In this document: in pieces, positions 57,833 through 64,000 of the stretch
Numbering within the stretch: position 1 is the stretch's first letter
How the letters are laid out: each line of letters begins with the position of its first letter
DNA from: Burkholderiales bacterium
Lineage (GTDB): Bacteria; Pseudomonadota; Gammaproteobacteria; Burkholderiales; SG8-39
Direction of reading: 5' to 3'
Assembly: GCA_035632415.1 (NCBI GenBank)
Contig: DASQGW010000153.1
Coordinates: 4,821-68,820 of the forward strand
DNA: 64,000 bases
Notes under the pieces: generated by a model
Database searches by the model: none
What the model was told of the DNA's origin: nothing
The model's input: only the letters and a program-made list of their open reading frames with translations
Translations under genes and position numbers: made by a program

Positions 57833-58611
57833 TTACTCTCCACAAGGGCCAATACGCGCAGCGGACTGCCGCTGCCATTGCGGATTTTCAACGGCGCCGC
57901 AAGAACGATTGCGCCGGTTGCCGGCAGCTTGTCCAGATTCTTGAGGCATTGCAGACCGTAACGCCCCGCGCCATGCATGTAATAGTGGCAAGGATAGGGC
58001 GGCCGCAGATGATAGGCCTGGCCCGCATCGGTGCCGATCGATTCGGTGCCGAAGCCGAGGATGTCGCGCTCCTCGACGAGGAAGCGCACCGCGTCCGTGT
58101 CCGGCCCCGGCGTGTGCTGGCCGGTCTCGTCGTAGTTCTGGTAGGCGACCGGGTCGCCGCTCTTCTTCGACCAGTCGGTGCGCATCAGGACCCAGGAACG
58201 CGGCGAGATGCGCCCGTGGCCCTTTTCCCATTTCAGCAGGAAAGGCTTGGTCAGCAGGAAGTCCGGATCCTTCGCCGCCTGCTTGCTGCAATCGATGACG
58301 AATGCCGGCCCGATGAAGCGCTCCGGCGCGATGCTGTCGACCGCATTGTTGGGCAGGTCCTTGCCGGAGACCCAGTGGATCGGCGCGTCGAAATGCGTTC
58401 CGGTGTGCTCGCCGCAGGAAAAATTGTTCCAGTACCAGGCCGGTCCGCGCTCGTCGTAGTGCGAGACCTCTTCGATGCGGAAAGGCCACGCCTGGCCCAT
58501 CTCCGGCGGCAGCGAGATGGAAGGAAACTCGGGCGAGAGCGTCTCGGTGAGATCGATGACCTTGATCTTTCCGGCGGTCAGCTCTTTGGCCAGCTGCGCG
58601 AGCGCGCTCAT
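57829..58611 (-). CDS. cyclase-family metal hydrolase (kynurenine formamidase/isatin hydrolase-like)
   Basis: 260 aa; signature HTGTHFDAPIHW (HxGTHxDxPxH). Confidence 0.82.
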   Translation of the reverse strand: MSALAQLAKELTAGKIKVIDLTETLSPEFPSISLPPEMGQAWPFRIEEVSHYDERGPAWYWNNFSCGEHTGTHFDAPIHWVSGKDLPNNAVDSIAPERFIGPAFVIDCSKQAAKDPDFLLTKPFLLKWEKGHGRISPRSWVLMRTDWSKKSGDPVAYQNYDETGQHTPGPDTDAVRFLVEERDILGFGTESIGTDAGQAYHLRPPYPCHYYMHGAGRYGLQCLKNLDKLPATGAIVLAAPLKIRNGSGSPLRVLALVESK

Positions 58612-58613
58612 GG

Positions 58614-58720
58614 TCTTGACCCCCTGACAAGGGGGTCGTGAGCGGCAGGCGAGCGGGAGGTTTGATTTTCGAAAACCCCCCGGCGCTTCGCGCCACCCCC
58701 CTTATCAGGGGGGCAATAGC
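58614..58720. repeat. nested-palindrome intercistronic element, copy 2
   Basis: CCCCCTGACAAGGGGG (58620-58635) ... GGCGAGCGGGAGG ... GAAAAC ... CCCCCCTTATCAGGGGGG (58696-58713). Same orientation, same flanks (TCTTGAC ... GCAGAA) and same architecture as the copy at 12134-12258. Confidence 0.8.
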
Positions 58721-58726
58721 AGAACC

Positions 58727-59959
58727 TCATGTGGAGAGTTCCTTTTCCAAAGCCTTCGGATTGTCGCGCCAACGGGCGAGCCACTCCTGCGCCACATCGC
58801 CGGGATACACGTCTTCGACCCCTTCGCGCAGCGCCTTGACTACGGCGTTGGCCAGCGCTGCCGGCGCGACCTTCGGCGGCGGCAGGAGCTGGTTCCACTC
58901 GTCGTCGAGCGGGCCGGGGAAGACGTTGATGACCCGGACGCCGGCAGGGCGCATTTCGGCGCGCAGGCACTGCGACAGCGAATGCGCCGCCGCCTTCGAT
59001 GCCGAGAAGGTGCCGTGTGGCGGGAAATTGGCGAGTGCGTAGATCGACAGCACATTGACCCAGGCGGTGGCGCTCGCAAGGCCGTCGGCGCCGCGGCCGC
59101 GCATCGCAGGGCCGAATTCCTGCGCGAGGCGCAGGAGGCCGAAGTAGTTGACGTCCATCTCGGCGCGCGCCGTGTCGACGCCCGAGCGATTGCTGATGCC
59201 GTAGGCGCGATGGTATTCGGCATTGTTGACGAGGATGTCGACCTTGCCGCCGATCTCGGCCGCGACCTCGCGTACGTTCTTCGAGTCCGTTACATCCAGC
59301 GGCAGGAGCGTCACCTGCTTGATCTTCTCCAGCTCGTCGAAGCCGGCAAATTTCTTCCAGGGCTCGGCATGCCCGACCCAGATGAGGTCTGCGCCGGCCG
59401 CGGCGAGCGCCTTGACGAGCGCTTGTCCGGCTGCGGTCTTGCCGTCAGTGACGAGCACCTTGCGAAACTTCGGGTCGCAGGTGAATTCGCGAAGCTGGCG
59501 ATCTTCAGCCATGTTTTCCTCCTTGCCGGGCAGGGCGACCATGACGGCCTGGCCGGCGCGGTCGAGCTTCGCCGCCACCGTGACCTTGCCGGGCGCTTGT
59601 GCCACCCGTTCATGCAAATGCGCGACCACCGTGGGGCCGCAGTCGAGCTTCACGAGCCCCAGCCGCCACGGCAGGCGCTCGCGAAAGAAGAGATCGTTGC
59701 TGTGGTGAAGCACCGTATCGGAGAGCAGCTCGCCGGTCTGCGGCTGCGGCTTCCAGTCCAGCCGGATGGAGAGGCACTGCTGGCACGCCTCGCGCGGCGG
59801 GTACTGCACGGTGCCGCAATCGCGGCATTGCTGCAGCTCGAAGCGACCGAGCGCGGCGGCAGCCGTCAGGCCGAGCGCGATGCGGCTCCGCGCCGCGGGC
59901 GGCAGCGTCGGCTGCCGTGTACGAAGGACTGGATTCTTTCTCTTTGGCCGCTCTAGCAC
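58727..59959 (-). CDS. DUF35 (Zn-ribbon + OB-fold) fused in frame to an SDR-like domain
   Basis: In-frame GTG at 59959 within track ORF 58727..61027. DUF35 part: GRFELQQCRDCGTVQYPPREACQQCLS (CxxC...CxxC) plus an OB-fold. There is no stop before MAEDRQLREF...VLVTDGKTAAG...NNAEY...SIYA...GTFSASKAA (SDR fold with FxxxK instead of YxxxK). Confidence 0.75.
   Translation of the reverse strand: MLERPKRKNPVLRTRQPTLPPAARSRIALGLTAAAALGRFELQQCRDCGTVQYPPREACQQCLSIRLDWKPQPQTGELLSDTVLHHSNDLFFRERLPWRLGLVKLDCGPTVVAHLHERVAQAPGKVTVAAKLDRAGQAVMVALPGKEENMAEDRQLREFTCDPKFRKVLVTDGKTAAGQALVKALAAAGADLIWVGHAEPWKKFAGFDELEKIKQVTLLPLDVTDSKNVREVAAEIGGKVDILVNNAEYHRAYGISNRSGVDTARAEMDVNYFGLLRLAQEFGPAMRGRGADGLASATAWVNVLSIYALANFPPHGTFSASKAAAHSLSQCLRAEMRPAGVRVINVFPGPLDDEWNQLLPPPKVAPAALANAVVKALREGVEDVYPGDVAQEWLARWRDNPKALEKELST
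59518..59524 (-). promoter_or_regulatory. internal Shine-Dalgarno (AAGGAGG) 5 nt upstream of the in-frame ATG at 59512
   Basis: Minus strand reads ctgcccggcAAGGAGGaaaacATGgctgaa, exactly at the DUF35/SDR domain boundary. Confidence 0.55.
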
Positions 59960-61113
59960 GAAACAATGGCGGCGCCCGAGCCGAGGCCGCGGTCGAAGTT
60001 GATCATGCCGAATCCGCTCACGAGACCGAGTTTCGCATCCTTGACCTGCCGAGCCCCCGCGGCGCTTGTGAGCTGGCGCAATGCCTCCACCATGCCGAGC
60101 GAGCCGCCCGCGGCGCCGGCCTGGCCCACGGAAAGCTGGCCGCCGGATGTGTTGAGCGGGAAGGAGCCCTCGCAGGTAAAGGTGTGGTTGCGGATGAATT
60201 CCGGGCCTTCTCCTTTCGCGCAGAAGCCGAGATCCTCGATCTGCATGAGCGAGATCACCGGATAGTCGTCGTAGGTCTGGACGAAGTCCATGTCCTCGGG
60301 CGCCGCGCCAGCCTGCTCGTAGAGGTCGGCGCGATCGAGCACCCAACCGGCGCGCATCTGCACCGGGTCGGAAGCAAAGGCGTTGTGGCGCTCGATCGTT
60401 CCGAGCAGCCGCGCATACTGCAGGCCCAATGCCTTCGCCCGTTGCTCGCTCAGCACCAGGAACCCGTCGGCGCCGGCGCAGGGCATCACGCAATCGAAGA
60501 GATGCAGCGGATCGGCGATCGGCCGTGCGCCCATGTACTCGTCCAGCGTGAGCGGCTTCTTGAAAAGCGCATGCTCGAACTTGAGCGCATTCGCACGCTG
60601 AGCCACGCACAGCTTGCCGAAGTCCTCCCGCGTCGCCCCATGCGTTCGCATGTAGTACGCCGTGAGGAAAGCAAAGCTCGCATTCGGCCCGCCGGCACCA
60701 TAGGGATACACCGCGTCGCGGGCGAACTGGCTGAAGTTGGCGAGCGTGAGGCGAAAGGAGTCCACATGGTTCGTGTCGCCGGCAATGCAGGCGACGACAT
60801 CGGCATCTCCGGCCTGCACCGCTCGCGCGGCGCGCCGGAGCATCACCACGCCGCTCGCGCCGCCGAAAGGCACGTGGTCGAGCCAGCGCGGCGAAAGGCC
60901 GAGATGCTGGGTCAGGCCGATGGCGGTGTCCGGGGCGAGCGTGAAGCTCGAAACGGCGAGGCCGTCGATGTCGGCCTTGTTGAGCCTGCTTTGCTTCAAC
61001 AGGTCGGAGAGGCACCTTGCCAGCCACCAGTGCGCCGAGCGAATTGAATAGCGCACATAGGGAACGGTAACGGGCACGGCCACGGCGACACCTTCGTAGC
61101 TACGCCGGGTCAT
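59953..61113 (-). CDS. thiolase-fold protein, SCP-x/Ltp type (nucleophilic Cys apparently absent)
   Basis: In-frame ATG at 61113 (MTRRSYEGVAVAV) within track ORF 59953..61272. HVPFGGASGVVMLRRAARAVQAGDADVVACIAGD aligns by eye to the thiolase xxxCASGxxA...G...D.V.V.G.E region with Gly in place of Cys. C-terminal NTSGGQLS...GFGMI. ATGA overlap with the ligase stop. Confidence 0.8.
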   Translation of the reverse strand: MTRRSYEGVAVAVPVTVPYVRYSIRSAHWWLARCLSDLLKQSRLNKADIDGLAVSSFTLAPDTAIGLTQHLGLSPRWLDHVPFGGASGVVMLRRAARAVQAGDADVVACIAGDTNHVDSFRLTLANFSQFARDAVYPYGAGGPNASFAFLTAYYMRTHGATREDFGKLCVAQRANALKFEHALFKKPLTLDEYMGARPIADPLHLFDCVMPCAGADGFLVLSEQRAKALGLQYARLLGTIERHNAFASDPVQMRAGWVLDRADLYEQAGAAPEDMDFVQTYDDYPVISLMQIEDLGFCAKGEGPEFIRNHTFTCEGSFPLNTSGGQLSVGQAGAAGGSLGMVEALRQLTSAAGARQVKDAKLGLVSGFGMINFDRGLGSGAAIVSC

Positions 61114-62579
61114 TTCCGTCGTTTGCGGTCGCGCAGATCGAAGCTCTCCGCGGGGTTGAGCGCGAAGTCGGCGAGCTTCGCCTTCTGCACCTTGTTGGTG
61201 GAGGTCACGGGAAGCTCCCGCAGGAAGGCCACATGCCCCGGCGCCTTGAAGTAGGCGAGGCGCTCGAGGCACCAGTCCTGGATCGACAGCGCGGTCTCGC
61301 GACTGGCGCCGGTCCCGGGGTTGAGCACAACGCAGGCCATCACTTCCTCGTCGCGCACTTCATCCGGCCTGGCGATCACGGCGACCTGGGCGATCAGCGG
61401 ATGCCCGGCGAGCGCGGCCTCGACCTCGAGCGCGGCGATGTTCTCGCCCGCCCGGCGGATGATGTTCTTGCGGCGATCGACGAAGTGCAGGCTGCCATCG
61501 GGTCCGCGGCGCACGCAGTCGCCGGTATGGAACCAGCCCTCGCGCCACGCTTGCACGGTCGCCTCGTCGTCTTTCAGGTAGCCGGAGAAGAAGCCACGCC
61601 GGGGATCCGGGCCGGCCTGGCGCACCAGCAGCTCGGAGTTTCCATCGATGGAAACTTCCAGGCCCGGCGGCTCCCTTCCGATGCACCGCGTGCCCACATG
61701 CCGCGGCTCGCGGCTCGCCGCGATGAGCGCGCCGCCTCCGGTTTCCGTCATTGCCCAGGCTTCGATCAGGGGAAAGCCGAAACGGGCTTCGAAAGCAGCG
61801 TGATCTTTCGGATTGGCGTTCGCGCCGTAGCCGAAGCGCACCCGATGCGCACGGTCTTGGACGCTCGGCGGAAGCTGGAGCAGGATCGCGGGCATCACGC
61901 CAAGATAGTGGACGATGGTCGCGCGCGAGTCGACGACGTCGTTCCACCAGGTCTTCGGATGGAACCGATCGAGCTGCACCACGCAGCCGGCGGCAAGGAT
62001 CATCGCCGTGGTCGAGACGGCGAGCGCGTTCATATGGAAGAGGGGCAGCGGCGTGATGAGCCGCTCCTCGCCGAAGCGCAGCGCGCACAGGCCGCCTTCA
62101 TCGACATAGCGCCGGCCGACGTTCAGGAAATAGAAGTTGCCGAGCAGGCAGCCCTTCGGCTTGCCGGTGGTGCCCGAGGTGTAGAGGAGGGCGCATTCCT
62201 CGGCCTTGCCGCGTGCCGGGGCCGCCGGCGGGTCGAACCGCACGAGCCTGTCGGAGTCGACGACGAGCGCGGCCTCGCTATGCGCAACCACGTAGTCCGA
62301 TTCATTCTTCTGGTAGTCCGGATTCATCGGCACCACGGCGATGCCGAGCGAGTTGAGCGCGAGGAAGTGCAGCAGGAACTCGGGGCAGTTGGGTAGCCTC
62401 AGGGCGACGCGATGTCCGGGCGCGTAGCCCTTCCCAGCGTACAGGCGAGCGATCTCTGCGATGCGCTCGTGCGCCTGCGCATACGAGAGCTCGACCTTCT
62501 GCGGCGGGAAGTGCAGGAATGGCTTGGCGCCGTACGCGCGGGCGGTTTGCTCGAACGCCGAGAAGACCGTCGTCGTCAC
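61110..62579 (-). CDS. acyl-CoA synthetase / AMP-dependent ligase (first gene of the long operon)
   Basis: In-frame GTG at 62579 within track ORF 61110..63404. LYTSGTTGKPKGC, AMTETGG, TGDCV...DRRKN, TSTNKVQK motifs. Confidence 0.85.
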   Translation of the reverse strand: MTTTVFSAFEQTARAYGAKPFLHFPPQKVELSYAQAHERIAEIARLYAGKGYAPGHRVALRLPNCPEFLLHFLALNSLGIAVVPMNPDYQKNESDYVVAHSEAALVVDSDRLVRFDPPAAPARGKAEECALLYTSGTTGKPKGCLLGNFYFLNVGRRYVDEGGLCALRFGEERLITPLPLFHMNALAVSTTAMILAAGCVVQLDRFHPKTWWNDVVDSRATIVHYLGVMPAILLQLPPSVQDRAHRVRFGYGANANPKDHAAFEARFGFPLIEAWAMTETGGGALIAASREPRHVGTRCIGREPPGLEVSIDGNSELLVRQAGPDPRRGFFSGYLKDDEATVQAWREGWFHTGDCVRRGPDGSLHFVDRRKNIIRRAGENIAALEVEAALAGHPLIAQVAVIARPDEVRDEEVMACVVLNPGTGASRETALSIQDWCLERLAYFKAPGHVAFLRELPVTSTNKVQKAKLADFALNPAESFDLRDRKRRK

Positions 62580-62657
62580 CGGACCGGATGTTAAGATGCC
62601 GCGCGCTTGCCAGACAACGGGACTTCGCGCGGCCGGCGATGAGCCACTAGGAGAAGC

Positions 62658-63431
62658 ATGTCCACCGTTGGAATGACACCCGGCAAGGAATTGGCAGGCA
62701 AGGTGGCGATCGTGACCGGCGCTGCGCGCAACATCGGCCGTGCCATCGCGCGCTCGCTCGCCTTGGGCGGCGCCGCCGTCATGGTGAACGCCAAGACCTC
62801 GCGTCCGCAGGCCGAGGAAACGGTGGCGATGATCCAGCGGGCAGGCGGCACGGCGGCGGTGCATATCGCCGACGTCACCGACCCGCGTGCCGTCGCCCAG
62901 ATGGTCGAAGCGACGCTCAAGCAATTCGGACGCATCGACGCTTTGGTGAACAACGCCGCGGTGCGCATGGAAACGCCCTTCGGCGAGATCAAGCTCGAAG
63001 ACTGGCGCAAGGTCATTTCCATCGTCCTCGACGGCGCCTTCCTCTGCACGCAGGCCTGCGTGCCGCACATGGCGAAGGCGGGAGACGGCACGGTGATCAA
63101 TATCGGCGGCCTCACGGGGCACCGCGGGGCCACCGGGCGCGCACATGTGATTGCCGCCAAGGCGGGGCTCGCGGGAATGACCAAGGCCCTGGCGCTCGAC
63201 CTCGCGCCGCAGCGCATCACGGTGAATTGCGTGGTGCCGGGCACGATCGAGAGCCAGCGCGGCCTGCCCGGCGCACCCGAGCGGCCGGCGCATCGCGCAG
63301 CGCCGCCGCCGATCGGCAGGCGGGGCGAACCGGAGGAGATCGCCGCGATGGTGCGCATGCTTTGCGGCCCGGACGCACGGTACATCACCGGCCAGGCGAT
63401 CCACGTCAACGGCGGCGGATACATGCCGTGA
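62658..63431 (+). CDS. SDR-family protein (FabG-like fold, atypical active-site region)
   Basis: 257 aa; AGGAGAA Shine-Dalgarno upstream; cofactor motif VTGAARNIGRAIA; NNAA. The expected Ser...YxxxK region reads INIGGLTGHRGATGRAHVIAAKAG. Confidence 0.8.
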   Translation: MSTVGMTPGKELAGKVAIVTGAARNIGRAIARSLALGGAAVMVNAKTSRPQAEETVAMIQRAGGTAAVHIADVTDPRAVAQMVEATLKQFGRIDALVNNAAVRMETPFGEIKLEDWRKVISIVLDGAFLCTQACVPHMAKAGDGTVINIGGLTGHRGATGRAHVIAAKAGLAGMTKALALDLAPQRITVNCVVPGTIESQRGLPGAPERPAHRAAPPPIGRRGEPEEIAAMVRMLCGPDARYITGQAIHVNGGGYMP

Positions 63432-64000
63432 CGGTCTCGGCGGTCATGCAGCGCCTGGCGAACTACATCGTGCGGGCGCCGAAGAAGCGGCTGCCCCCAG
63501 CGGTCGCCGAGAAGACGAAGCACCACATCCTCGACACGATCGCAGCAATGGTCTCCGGCGCGCCGTTGCCGCCGGGCAGGAAGGCGATTTCCTACGCACG
63601 CACCCGCGGTGGCACCCGGGAAGCGTGCGTCGTAGCGACCGGCATCATCACCACCGCCGAGAACGCGGCGCTTGCGAACGGCATGCTGGCGCATGCCGAC
63701 GAGACGGACGACTCGCATGCGCCGTCGCTTACGCATCCCGGCTGCGGCATCGTTCCAGCGGCGCTTGCCATGGCCGAACGGGAAGGGGCGAGCGGCGAAG
63801 CGCTGATCCGCGCGGTGGCGCTCGGCTACGACATCGGCTGCCGGCTGACGATGTCGCTCGACGCCTACCAGTTCCGGGAGGACGGGCACTCCACGCACAG
63901 CTTCGGTCCGATGTTCGGTGCCGCTGCCGCGAGCGCTGCGCTTGCCCGTCTCGATGCTCGCGCGGTGAGGCACTGTCTCTCGTTCACCGCCCAGCAGGCC
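63428..64000 (+). CDS. MmgE/PrpD-family protein (2-methylcitrate dehydratase family), 5' part; runs off the right edge
   Basis: Own translation from GTG 63428 (GTGA overlap with the SDR stop): VTVSAVMQRLANYIVRAPKKRLPPAVAEKTKHHILDTIAAMVSGA...NGMLAHADETDDSH...HPG, typical of the PrpD N-terminal domain. Not in the ORF track because it is truncated. Confidence 0.8.
   Translation, partial: MTVSAVMQRLANYIVRAPKKRLPPAVAEKTKHHILDTIAAMVSGAPLPPGRKAISYARTRGGTREACVVATGIITTAENAALANGMLAHADETDDSHAPSLTHPGCGIVPAALAMAEREGASGEALIRAVALGYDIGCRLTMSLDAYQFREDGHSTHSFGPMFGAAAASAALARLDARAVRHCLSFTAQQA

Noticed and set aside
59960-63404. Upstream extensions of track ORFs 58727..61027 and 61110..63404, and the plus-strand ORFs 59599..61047 and 61233..62396
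   Set aside because: They overlap the thiolase-fold, ligase and SDR genes in other frames or on the antisense strand. Composition is Arg/Ala/Gly/Pro-rich, and better-supported internal starts (GTG 59959, GTG 62579) give family-typical N-termini.

Overview
High-GC (by eye roughly two-thirds G+C), almost fully coding proteobacterial chromosomal segment with about 70 genes and 3 tRNAs. I saw no rRNA, CRISPR array, IS/transposase, integrase, phage or recognisable defence genes, and no transcription factor apart from HU. The first ~46 kb is core housekeeping in classic syntenies: tsaB-rimI-UDG; lplT / alr-radA; an hpnC-hpnD-hpnE squalene operon; tRNA-Leu-tig-clpP-clpX-lon-hupB-tRNA-Val-tRNA-Asp ... 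ppiD; fabI; a YejABEF-like peptide ABC importer; two tandem mltD copies plus gloB, divergent from a methyltransferase-rnhA-dnaQ; and an acyl-CoA synthetase / enoyl-CoA hydratase / LIV-type ABC operon. The last ~17 kb (46.9-64 kb) looks accessory. It holds a 16-gene minus-strand operon whose genes mostly overlap at their stop/start codons (46922-62579). In transcription order it encodes a CoA ligase, a thiolase-fold protein that appears to lack the nucleophilic Cys, an in-frame DUF35-SDR fusion, a cyclase-family hydrolase, a racemase-family protein, a SnoaL-like protein, a complete LIV-type ABC importer, a LeuCD-type hydratase, a KRCGH-motif lyase, a hydantoinase/enamidase-like amidohydrolase and a flavoprotein. 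An atypical SDR and a PrpD-family gene are transcribed divergently from it. I cannot assign this enzyme set to a named pathway, and it is my best candidate for an undescribed catabolic system. Other points worth a second look: a ~100-125 bp nested-palindrome element present twice, each time between two cistrons of a minus-strand operon; hupB with no canonical start codon (ATT, overlapping the lon stop); a ChaN-like lipoprotein gene also lacking a canonical start; a lone retropepsin-like protease in a lower-GC islet; and a perfect TATAAT 6 nt upstream of the fabI ATG. Most of the long ORFs in the six-frame track are alternate-frame or antisense artefacts of high GC content and were rejected.
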